Shown in pieces: positions 1-8,550 of a DNA stretch of 50,014 bases. The DNA lies in contig VGKS01000001.1 of NCBI GenBank assembly GCA_016866935.1, positions 1 through 50,014 on the forward strand. Reading direction: 5' to 3'. Both the position numbers and the translations under genes were made by a program. This DNA comes from Candidatus Pacearchaeota archaeon (GTDB taxonomy: Archaea; Nanobdellota; Nanobdellia; Pacearchaeales; GW2011-AR1). The notes beneath the pieces were generated by a model. That model did not search any database and was not told the DNA's origin. It saw only the letters and a program-made list of their open reading frames with translations. The number at the start of each line of letters is the position of its first letter. Within the stretch, counting starts at the first letter, position 1.

Positions 1-1
1 A

Positions 2-664
2 ATAAACAATACTCAAGATAATACTGAGAAAATAGTAAAGAATTTTATTAAAAGAGCTAAAAATGTTAGTTATATAAAATTCAAAAAAGGTGGCAAGGGC
101 TTTGCAGTAACAGAGGGTTTCAAATACCTTATAGCAAAGAAGTTTGACATGGCTGGTTTCGTAGATGCCGATCTAGCTACCTCCCCGGATGCATTTTATG
201 ATTTAATAAATAATATTAATGGTTACTCCGGAATAATTGGAAATAGATGGTCTAAAAAGTCTAAAATTTATAGAAAGCAACCCGTAATTAGAAGATTGGC
301 AAGTAGAATATACAATTTCTTGTTAAGAATAATGTTCTTTATGAGATATAGTGATACTCAATGTGGGGCAAAACTGTTTAAAGTAAATGATTTAAAAAAA
401 ATAGTGAATAAAATATTCATAACTCAATGGGCTTTTGATATAAATATATTATATCTTTGCAAACTATATGGACTTAGAATAATTGAGTTTCCAACTGCAT
501 GGACTGATGAGGAAAATACAACTGTTGATACAATAAGAGCTTCAGTAAAAATGTTCTCTGGAACGTTAAGACTAAGGCTTATTTATTCTCCTTTTAGCTT
601 TATTGTAAGAGCATACGATAAATTACCAAGAATATTAAAACTAAATCACTCAATCATAGAATAA
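2..664 (+). CDS. Glycosyltransferase family 2 (polyprenol-phosphate sugar synthase-like), 5'-truncated at window edge
   Basis: The frame is open from nt 2 to the stop at 662-664; the ORF track starts only at internal Met 149. Motifs KGGKGFAV, VDADL (DxD), DTQCGAKLF and WAFDI are typical of DPM1/GtrB-like GT2 enzymes. Confidence 0.75.
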   Translation: MNNTQDNTEKIVKNFIKRAKNVSYIKFKKGGKGFAVTEGFKYLIAKKFDMAGFVDADLATSPDAFYDLINNINGYSGIIGNRWSKKSKIYRKQPVIRRLASRIYNFLLRIMFFMRYSDTQCGAKLFKVNDLKKIVNKIFITQWAFDINILYLCKLYGLRIIEFPTAWTDEENTTVDTIRASVKMFSGTLRLRLIYSPFSFIVRAYDKLPRILKLNHSIIE

Positions 665-1671
665 TGGAAGAACCTGAGATACTTATCATCCATTTGAATG
701 GTGAGAAAGTAATAGACAACTGTTTGAATTCAATATACGAAGATGACAAAAAGGCTAAAATAAGTTTACTTTTTAATCAAACTACAGATAATTCTATTAA
801 TATTGTCAAAATGAAGTATCCTTCTGTAAAGATATATTTAACTGATAGGAGAATGGGGTTTGCAGAGGCATCTAATTATTTAGTAAAAAGATCTAAGTCA
901 AAATACATTATATTTCTTAACAACGATACTGTTGTTAGTAAGAACTGGAAGTCTGAAATGTTAAAGACTCTCAAAAGAAATAAAAAATGCATAGCAGTTC
1001 AATCCAAAATAAAATCTTATTACCAAAGAGATAAATTTGAAAATGCTGGAGCTGCTGGAGGTTTTATAGATAAATATGGGTATCCATTTTGCAGAGGAAG
1101 ATTGTTTAACTCTGTTGAAAAAGATAAAGGTCAATATAATGATGAAATAAGAATATTCTGGGGGTGTGGGGTATCTTTGCTTGTAGATAGAAAAGAATTT
1201 ATTAAACTCGGCATGTTTGATGAAAAGTTTTTTATGTATGCTGAAGAGCTTGATTTTTGCTGGAGGGCTAATAATTCTGGGAAAGAAATATGGTTTTGTC
1301 CAAAATCTACAGTATACCATATTGGGAGCTTTAGTATAAAAGAGGAAAAAATAAACCTCAAGAAAGAATACCTTATTTCCAGAAATCATTATATTGCTTT
1401 AATGAAAAATAGCCATTTTCCACAAAGATTGTTGCTTATTTTCCAAAAAACAATGCTTGAAATTATTTCATTGGGAAGATTTCCTGTAAAGAGAGGATTA
1501 CCTTTCTTAATCAGCGTGCCTTATCTTGCCCATTACTTAATTTCAGAGCATAAGAATATGCAACACCATAAAATAAGAGAAGATGTTAAAAAAATGATTT
1601 ATCCAAGAAGTATAGCATTGGACCATTTCTTAAGAGGTAAAAAGACTTTTAAATCACTGAATTTTGCTTGA
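664..1671 (+). CDS. Glycosyltransferase family 2
   Basis: 335 aa with ILIIHLNG..CLNSI N-terminus, FLNNDTVV, AEELDFCWR and STVYHIG motifs of GT2 (rhamnosyltransferase-like). TAATG stop/start overlap with the upstream gene. Confidence 0.8.
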   Translation: MEEPEILIIHLNGEKVIDNCLNSIYEDDKKAKISLLFNQTTDNSINIVKMKYPSVKIYLTDRRMGFAEASNYLVKRSKSKYIIFLNNDTVVSKNWKSEMLKTLKRNKKCIAVQSKIKSYYQRDKFENAGAAGGFIDKYGYPFCRGRLFNSVEKDKGQYNDEIRIFWGCGVSLLVDRKEFIKLGMFDEKFFMYAEELDFCWRANNSGKEIWFCPKSTVYHIGSFSIKEEKINLKKEYLISRNHYIALMKNSHFPQRLLLIFQKTMLEIISLGRFPVKRGLPFLISVPYLAHYLISEHKNMQHHKIREDVKKMIYPRSIALDHFLRGKKTFKSLNFA

Positions 1672-1675
1672 ATTT

Positions 1676-2635
1676 ATGAAAGATCTCACAATAGTTATTC
1701 CCACATACAATGAATCAAAAGATATCGTAGAATGTCTTGATTCTATTTCTAAACAGAAATATGATAAAAAAAAGTTTGAAGTAATAATAGTTGACAATTG
1801 TTCTACAGATAAAACTGTAGAAATTGCAAAAAAATATTCAAAAAAGATAGACTTGAAAATAGTATTTAACAAAATAAAAGACGCTGAGGTAAGTAAAATG
1901 GTTGGATTCAAAAAGGCTAAAGGTCAATATTTTATGTATATGGATGCTGACATGGCTTTTTCTGATGATAGGTTTATAGAAAGAATGACTTTTCCTTTAA
2001 AACATGATAAAGAAATTGCAGGAGTCTTTGTTAAATTTTTAGTAAATAAACAACATCCACCTTTAACAAGAACATTATCTTATGATCCATGGCAACGCGA
2101 CCCCATATTCAGATTCTTCACAGCTTCTCCAAATAAGATAATAACTGAAAAGAAAAGTGGATACTTTGTATGCAGGGTAACAAAAAATACAATACCTCCT
2201 CAAGGTTTGATGATTTATAGGAAAAAGATAATAGAAGAATATACTAAAGATAAAAGGCAACTAATAGATAATGATATACCTGTCGCAATTTTTAATGAAG
2301 GTTATACTAAGTTTGCATATGTACCAGAAACTGGGATATACCATAAATTATTGAGAAGTTTAACAGAGCTATCAAGAAAAAGAATAAGAAATCTTAGAAG
2401 AACTTATTTTCCCAATCAAGAAAAAAGATTGTTCAAATGGATTAATTGGAAAAAAGATTGGTATAAGGCTATGACATGGTTAATCTACACTCACTCTTTC
2501 CTTCCATTTATAACGGCAATATACAAATCTTTAAAGTATAAGGATCTTGCTTTGTTGAATGAACCTGCAATAAATATAGTGTCCACATATTCTATTGTTT
2601 GGGCAGTCTTAGTTAATTTGAAAAATGGAGAATAA
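1676..2635 (+). CDS. Glycosyltransferase family 2
   Basis: TIVIPTYNESKDIVECLDSI, IIVDNCSTDKT and MDADM (DxD) motifs. The ORF track starts at TTG 1664, which overlaps the previous gene; the first ATG is at 1676. Confidence 0.8.
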   Translation: MKDLTIVIPTYNESKDIVECLDSISKQKYDKKKFEVIIVDNCSTDKTVEIAKKYSKKIDLKIVFNKIKDAEVSKMVGFKKAKGQYFMYMDADMAFSDDRFIERMTFPLKHDKEIAGVFVKFLVNKQHPPLTRTLSYDPWQRDPIFRFFTASPNKIITEKKSGYFVCRVTKNTIPPQGLMIYRKKIIEEYTKDKRQLIDNDIPVAIFNEGYTKFAYVPETGIYHKLLRSLTELSRKRIRNLRRTYFPNQEKRLFKWINWKKDWYKAMTWLIYTHSFLPFITAIYKSLKYKDLALLNEPAINIVSTYSIVWAVLVNLKNGE

Positions 2636-3263
2636 AAATAAACTTTATGGTAGAGAAAGGGTATGTGCTTCTATAATTGATAATAAAATTAAAGGAAAAA
2701 CTTTGAATATAGGCGCAGGTGAAATGCAATGGATTGAAAATATACTATTTATAAAAAATAAAAACTTCTTTTCTTCTGATTTGGACGATAAAAACCTTGG
2801 AGTGGAAAATAAAGCAATTAACAAGGTTAAGGCAGATGCTACCAAACTGCCATTTAAGGATGGATATTTTTCTCAAGTAATTATTTTGGATGTACTTGAA
2901 CATATTAAAGATCATCATAAAGCACTAGATGAGATAAATAGAGTACTCAATAAAAATGGAAAGCTTGCGATTTGTGTTCCTAATGATACTTTTCTAAGTT
3001 ATTTTAATCCTGTGCGCTATGTCCAACATGAAAGACATTATACTATCAAAGATATTACAAATCTTCTAACTAAAAAGGGTTTCAAAGTGAAAAGGGTTTT
3101 TGCCGGCGGAGGGATATTTGAATTAGCTGCCCTATATATTCATTTTTTCGCAAAGTATTTCATTAAAAAGAAAGTAAGCCCATTTTCAAAAATAATAGAT
3201 AAAGAATATTTCAAACATAATCAAAAAGGCAATGAAATTGCTATTCTTGCTATAAAGAATTAG
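2625..3263 (+). CDS. Class I SAM-dependent methyltransferase (type 11-like)
   Basis: LNIGAGE glycine-rich motif I, ILDVLEHI, and NKNGKLAICVP post-motif. Confidence 0.7.
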   Translation: MENKNKLYGRERVCASIIDNKIKGKTLNIGAGEMQWIENILFIKNKNFFSSDLDDKNLGVENKAINKVKADATKLPFKDGYFSQVIILDVLEHIKDHHKALDEINRVLNKNGKLAICVPNDTFLSYFNPVRYVQHERHYTIKDITNLLTKKGFKVKRVFAGGGIFELAALYIHFFAKYFIKKKVSPFSKIIDKEYFKHNQKGNEIAILAIKN

Positions 3264-4726
3264 ACTCTTTGGTAGATTATTACTGCAGGCCGCTGCTGAT
3301 TGACATCGAAATAAAATGTCTTTATAGGTATCAGGCCCCCTTGTTCAACAATAGGCTTGAAGTGAATCAAAACCTTTTCATTTGGAGGATAAAACACATT
3401 AACTATCAAGTAATCTGCCTCAAGAGTGAAGTTTGAAAAGTCCGCATCCTGCGGGAATGCTTGCACTCTTCTTTCTGCATAATAGATTGTATATGGCTCT
3501 GTCCACTCTCCTGCAATAATAGAATCTTCTGGAGTATTGTATCTTATCCACTCAAATGCTTCTTTCATCTGCCCATAAGATTCCTTTTTCTCAATCATCA
3601 TCGTATTTGCAAAAGATAGATTTGCAAAAGCAACCCATAGAACAAAGGCAATACATACAATCATAGCAAATTTCTTTTTGTTATTTGCCAAGTAATCGTA
3701 AATAACTGAAACCACTAAAGCAGGCAAGACAAAAAAGACAGATGATAATCCAAGTAAGTATCTATCTTCTGAAGCTTTTATTACAAAAATAAAGAATGAA
3801 AGAACAACTAACAAGAGAATCAAATTAAAGATATGCATCCTGGATTCTTTATGCTTCGAAATGAACCCATAGGACATAACTGTTCTAACTAATATAATTA
3901 TAAGACTTGCATAGAAAAGAAATACTAAAGGCGATTGCAAGATATGATTGATGAATCCAAGAGTATACCATGCAAAATCTTGTTTTTCACCTGCACTAGA
4001 TGCATAAGTACTAGTTGCAGGTAATATAGAACCATAAGCAAATAAATTTATTATGAAGAATAATATTAATGGGATAGCTCCAATAACTCCGCCCATCCAA
4101 AAGTTTTTACTTTTAACTAATTTTACTTTATGAACAAAGATTAAGAAAAGTATAAAGGCAAAGGCAAAAACTGCGTGAGAATACCTAAATAGGACGGCAA
4201 ATGACAGACAAAATACAGAGATGGTCCAGTTCTTAATATTTAGAGATTCATAAGACTTAACAAAAAAGTATATGCTTGCGAGTATCAAGCACATTGAAGG
4301 TATATCCGTCATTGCTCTTGAAGAATAAAATATGTATATCCAAGAAACTGAAGAAAGAGCAGATGCTACCAATCCTACTCTACTACCGTACATCTCCTTT
4401 CCTATTAGGAAAATCAACCAAACTGCGAGAACAGAAGGAATTATGTTTGTGAAAACAATCAGGAAATAATCTGAAAATCCAAACTTTAACATCCAGCTCC
4501 AAATAATGGGAAAAAGCGGCGGACGTATAATTGTTTCATTAATTATGAATGGAGTTTCGTCCCATAAGTGATAAATCATGTTTTTAGCAAGACTTCCATA
4601 TGCCAAAGAGTCCCACCAATGCGCCTGATTTTTTACTATATTAAAAAAATAAAACCTTACGAATAAAGCAATTGCTATAATTCCGTATAAAGCAAATTGC
4701 AACCTATTGATTTTTTTGTCTGCCAT
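3260..4726 (-). CDS. Polytopic membrane glycosyltransferase, GT-C fold (ArnT/PMT-like)
   Basis: 488 aa with more than 10 hydrophobic helices followed by a soluble C-terminal domain. An acidic first-loop motif (HWWDSLAYG) follows TM1, as in ArnT/PMT-type enzymes. Confidence 0.6.
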   Translation of the reverse strand: MADKKINRLQFALYGIIAIALFVRFYFFNIVKNQAHWWDSLAYGSLAKNMIYHLWDETPFIINETIIRPPLFPIIWSWMLKFGFSDYFLIVFTNIIPSVLAVWLIFLIGKEMYGSRVGLVASALSSVSWIYIFYSSRAMTDIPSMCLILASIYFFVKSYESLNIKNWTISVFCLSFAVLFRYSHAVFAFAFILFLIFVHKVKLVKSKNFWMGGVIGAIPLILFFIINLFAYGSILPATSTYASSAGEKQDFAWYTLGFINHILQSPLVFLFYASLIIILVRTVMSYGFISKHKESRMHIFNLILLLVVLSFFIFVIKASEDRYLLGLSSVFFVLPALVVSVIYDYLANNKKKFAMIVCIAFVLWVAFANLSFANTMMIEKKESYGQMKEAFEWIRYNTPEDSIIAGEWTEPYTIYYAERRVQAFPQDADFSNFTLEADYLIVNVFYPPNEKVLIHFKPIVEQGGLIPIKTFYFDVNQQRPAVIIYQRV

Positions 4727-4728
4727 TG

Positions 4729-5895
4729 TTAATTCTTCAATTCGTCCTTTATTATACGATCAAGTCTAGAAGTTAATAAATCCCACTTAAACTGCGAGGC
4801 AAATGAATGAGCATTCCTGCTTATATTTTTGAGATTTTTATTTTTAAGACTTTTAACAGCTTCAACCAAAGAATCAGAGACTCCTACTTTAAAGATCAAA
4901 CCATTTTCATTATTTTTTACTAAATCTCTTATTCCTTCTACATCAGACCCTATACAGATTCTTGAGCGAGCCATTGATTCTATCAGTGACTGAGGCATAC
5001 CCTCTCTTTTGGAAGGAAGGATAAAGATTGACGAAGAGTCGAGCTTTCTTATTTTATTTTTAGAGCCATATATTGCTCTAGAGAATGTTACTCTTTTGGA
5101 CAAGCCTTCCTTCTTTATTAAAGATTTTAGATATTTTTCGTAATTACTTTCAATTGGGCCAACTAATTCAAGAGAATAATCATTTAATTTGGTCAAGGCG
5201 AAAATGGCAGTTTCTAAACTCTTAACAGGGGCTATTCTTCCCAAAAAGAGCATTTTATTATCTTTATTAAATTGAGATTTTGACTTAAAGAAAATTTCAG
5301 GGATACCATTTGGCACGTAAGATAATTTGGTTTTGCTTGTACCTATTTTCAATAAATAAGGTACCTCCCAATGTGAAATTGTTATTATTCTATCAAACTT
5401 ATTTATTTTTCTCGGACCAATAAATTTATCATAGAACCATACCGATAATCTAGCGGGTAAGCCTCTTTCAGAATTATCTTCATTAAAAGGAGCGTGGGTT
5501 ACCAGTATTACTACGCATTTCTTTCCCATCCTCTCAAGCTTTTCTTTTATTTTTAAAGCCGTTGTAGTATGTATGTGCCTATAGACATGAGTAATGATTA
5601 CATCAGGAGAATATTCAATGGCATCGTTATAAAAATTCCAAAACATAAAAGATTCTCCCCCTAATCTGAAGTAAGGGAAGCGCCTAACTTTAACCTTGCT
5701 TATAGTTTCACTAATGGGGACTTTTTCTCTGCTTCCTTTTATGGCTCTGGAAGAAAAAACCTGTACCTCATATCCTTTTTCGGATAGACGAACAGACTCT
5801 TCTCTGACTCTATTCCAAACTCCGCAAATTCCGGATGAAAAGTGACAAAGCTCCAAAATCTTGAGTTTACCCATAATATTGTGAGGAATTTCCAT
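4729..5895 (-). CDS. Glycosyltransferase family 4 (group 1)
   Basis: LFLGRIAPVK and PSKREGMPQSLIESMA (E-x7-E region) motifs. The alternative start Met8 (ATG at 5874) fits the TATA spacing better than Met1 at 5895. Confidence 0.8.
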   Translation of the reverse strand: MEIPHNIMGKLKILELCHFSSGICGVWNRVREESVRLSEKGYEVQVFSSRAIKGSREKVPISETISKVKVRRFPYFRLGGESFMFWNFYNDAIEYSPDVIITHVYRHIHTTTALKIKEKLERMGKKCVVILVTHAPFNEDNSERGLPARLSVWFYDKFIGPRKINKFDRIITISHWEVPYLLKIGTSKTKLSYVPNGIPEIFFKSKSQFNKDNKMLFLGRIAPVKSLETAIFALTKLNDYSLELVGPIESNYEKYLKSLIKKEGLSKRVTFSRAIYGSKNKIRKLDSSSIFILPSKREGMPQSLIESMARSRICIGSDVEGIRDLVKNNENGLIFKVGVSDSLVEAVKSLKNKNLKNISRNAHSFASQFKWDLLTSRLDRIIKDELKN

Positions 5896-5910
5896 TTAAA
5901 AGCTTTTAAA
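5895..5910. promoter_or_regulatory. Back-to-back TATA boxes in a perfect 16-nt palindrome
   Basis: The sequence is TTTAAAAGCTTTTAAA. The right half-site centre is about 25 nt from ATG 5932 (+). The left half-site centre is about 24 nt from ATG 5874 (-). Confidence 0.5.
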
Positions 5911-5931
5911 CCAGATAGTTAATTAGAATAT

Positions 5932-6792
5932 ATGTCAGACAGATTAGTTTCAGTTGTTATTCCTATGTATAATGAGAAAAAAGACATCCCTTATTGCATT
6001 AGAAGCCTTAAAGCGCAAACCCACAAAAAAATAGAATTAATATTAGTTGATGATGGAAGTACCGATACTACCATACGGGTGGCCAATGACACTGCCAGAA
6101 AAGAGAAAATTAAAATAAAAATACTGAACCAAAAACATGGAGGGCCTGGAAAAGCTAGGAACTTTGGAGCAAAAAACTCTAAAGGAGAAATCCTGATATT
6201 TGTTGATTCTGATATGACTTTTGATAAAGATTACATAAAAAATCTCATAAAACCTATCAATAAAGAGGTAATCGGAACAACCCATGATAATGAAATAGTT
6301 CTTAACACTAAGAATATATGGAGCAGATGCTGGGGGCATATACGAGTCTCACCTAAAGATGCAGATAAGGTAAAAATATTTAGAGCAATTGACAGAAAGA
6401 AATTTTTAGATTTAGGAGGATTTGACCCAGATTACGGATATGCAGATGACCAGACTTTATGGTTCAAGCATAAAGTCAAACCGATTGTAGCCAAAAATAC
6501 GGTATGCTATCATAAAAACCCTGAAAACCTTAAACAGATATATTCCCAAAGTAGATGGATTGGAGCTTCCATAGATAATTTATTTACTAGAACAAAGATA
6601 GTAAACAAGTTGTTTCCATTTTTTCTCTATTTAATTTCCCCTATTGCTATTCCAACACTGTCTTTAATGAAATCTATGAAATTAAAGAAAGTTTCTGTAG
6701 TCTTTCCAATGTTTGTTTTTATGACAATAAGGTACTTTGGAACAATATCTGGAATAACAAGAAAAGCATATCTGGACATAAATTACAGGTAA
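5932..6792 (+). CDS. Glycosyltransferase family 2
   Basis: VSVVIPMYNEKKDI, LILVDDGSTDTT and FVDSDM (DxD) motifs, plus C-terminal hydrophobic helices. Confidence 0.8.
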   Translation: MSDRLVSVVIPMYNEKKDIPYCIRSLKAQTHKKIELILVDDGSTDTTIRVANDTARKEKIKIKILNQKHGGPGKARNFGAKNSKGEILIFVDSDMTFDKDYIKNLIKPINKEVIGTTHDNEIVLNTKNIWSRCWGHIRVSPKDADKVKIFRAIDRKKFLDLGGFDPDYGYADDQTLWFKHKVKPIVAKNTVCYHKNPENLKQIYSQSRWIGASIDNLFTRTKIVNKLFPFFLYLISPIAIPTLSLMKSMKLKKVSVVFPMFVFMTIRYFGTISGITRKAYLDINYR

Positions 6793-6793
6793 C

Positions 6794-6801
6794 TTTATAA
6801 A
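6794..6801 (+). promoter_or_regulatory. TATA box of the carbamoyltransferase gene
   Basis: TTTATAAA, with its centre 25.5 nt upstream of ATG 6823. Confidence 0.55.
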
Positions 6802-6822
6802 TTACTATTATAAAGTAAAAAC

Positions 6823-8550
6823 ATGTTTGTCTTAGGACTTAATATAGGACATAATTCTACGGCATGTCTGCTAAAAGATGGAAAGATAATTACTTGCGTG
6901 AGCGAGGAGAGATTTTCAAGAATAAAAAATCATGCAGGCATACCTTTCGCAGGAATAGATTATATCTTGAAGTCTAATGGGTTAGAAATTAAAGACTTGG
7001 CTACGATTGTATTGGACGACCATTATCCCATAATAAATGACCCTAAATTTGTGAAACAATTCTTGGAATCTTATATTCGCAAACCTCTTCATAAAAGAAT
7101 TTTATCTAAAATTGGATATAATTATCCAAATTTTTACTATAATTATAATTTAATGAAAAATCCTAGATCTTCAAATAAAAAAAGAAGAAATGAAGTAAGA
7201 AATTACCTTGCAAGAAAACTTAACTATCCAATAGAAAAGATTATTTTGATAGATCATCATTACGCTCACGCGCTTGCGCCTTGCTTCAATCTTAACAAAA
7301 ACCAAAAAACTCTTGTTTTTACTCTGGACGGGGAAGGAAGCGGAACTTGCGCTACTGTAAATATATTTGATGGTAAAAATCTTAAAAGAATAGCAATGAC
7401 AGATAAAAGCGCTTCTTTAGGATACCTTTATGCAATAACTACTATTATTTTAGGAATGAAACCTCTTGAACATGAATTCAAGGTAATGGGGCTGGCTCCA
7501 TATGCAAAGACAGAAAAAGTAAAGGAAGTTTATGAGGAGCTCAGAAAGATAATATGGGTAGACTCCTTAAAATTTAAGTCAAAATTCAATATGCCTTTTG
7601 TAGACAATTATTTGCTTGATAAAATGAAGTTTGTTAGGTTTGACACATTAGCAGGTGCTGTGCAAATGCTTACTGAAGAGCTAACACTGGAATGGATAAG
7701 AAATGCCATTAAGGCCACAGGAATACATAACATTGCTTTGGCTGGAGGGGTATTTATGAACGTTAAAGCAAACCAAAGAATAGCTAATCTAGACGAAGTT
7801 CAGAGCATTTTTGTTATGCCGAGTTGTGGGGATGAATCTAATGCAATAGGTTCTTGCTTTTTTGGATATAGGGAGCTAAATAAGGATAAAAATATTAACT
7901 TTAGAGCCATAGAAGACTTATATCTTGGACCAGAATGCGACAATAAAGATTTAGAGGATTATCTCAAGAAAAATAAACTGAAAAATTATACTGTAAAAAA
8001 AGTAAAAAAAATAAATAAAGAAGTTGCAAAACTTCTTGCAGAAGGGCAAATAGTAGCAAGATGCAGTGGAAGAAGTGAATGGGGTGCTAGATCACTTGGA
8101 AATAGGGCAATACTTGCTAATCCTAGTGACCCTGAAACAATAAGGATTTTGAATGAAACAATAAAAGACAGAGATTTTTGGATGCCATTCACCCCCAGCA
8201 TTATTGAAGATGATGCTCATAAATACATAAAAAACCCAAAGAAGATAAAAGCTCCTTATATGACTCTAACATTTGACTCTACAAAACTTGCACAAGAGCA
8301 TTTATCTGCAGCTATGCACCCATATGATTTTACACTTAGGCCTCAAATAGTATACAAAAACTGGAACAAAGGATATTATGATCTAATAAAAGAGTTCAAA
8401 AAATTAACAAAGATCGGAGGAATATTAAACACTTCATTCAACCTCCATGGAGAACCTAATGTATTAACTATTAATGATGCCATTCACACACTAGATAATT
8501 CGGCACTTAGATATCTGGCAATTGGAGATTACTTAATTAAAAAGAATTAG
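6823..8550 (+). CDS. Carbamoyltransferase (NodU/CmcH family)
   Basis: LGLNIGHNSTACLL..SEERFSRIKN, DHHYAHA, LAGGVFMNVKAN, RSLGNRAILANP and SFNLHGEP motifs are characteristic of NodU/CmcH O-carbamoyltransferases. Confidence 0.85.
   Translation: MFVLGLNIGHNSTACLLKDGKIITCVSEERFSRIKNHAGIPFAGIDYILKSNGLEIKDLATIVLDDHYPIINDPKFVKQFLESYIRKPLHKRILSKIGYNYPNFYYNYNLMKNPRSSNKKRRNEVRNYLARKLNYPIEKIILIDHHYAHALAPCFNLNKNQKTLVFTLDGEGSGTCATVNIFDGKNLKRIAMTDKSASLGYLYAITTIILGMKPLEHEFKVMGLAPYAKTEKVKEVYEELRKIIWVDSLKFKSKFNMPFVDNYLLDKMKFVRFDTLAGAVQMLTEELTLEWIRNAIKATGIHNIALAGGVFMNVKANQRIANLDEVQSIFVMPSCGDESNAIGSCFFGYRELNKDKNINFRAIEDLYLGPECDNKDLEDYLKKNKLKNYTVKKVKKINKEVAKLLAEGQIVARCSGRSEWGARSLGNRAILANPSDPETIRILNETIKDRDFWMPFTPSIIEDDAHKYIKNPKKIKAPYMTLTFDSTKLAQEHLSAAMHPYDFTLRPQIVYKNWNKGYYDLIKEFKKLTKIGGILNTSFNLHGEPNVLTINDAIHTLDNSALRYLAIGDYLIKKN

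Noticed and set aside
4591-4614. The HWWDSLAYG motif in the 488-aa GT-C protein resembles the WWDYG motif of AglB/STT3 oligosaccharyltransferases.
   Set aside because: It lies in the first extracytoplasmic loop after TM1, not in the C-terminal soluble domain where the STT3 motif resides. The protein is also far shorter than AglB.
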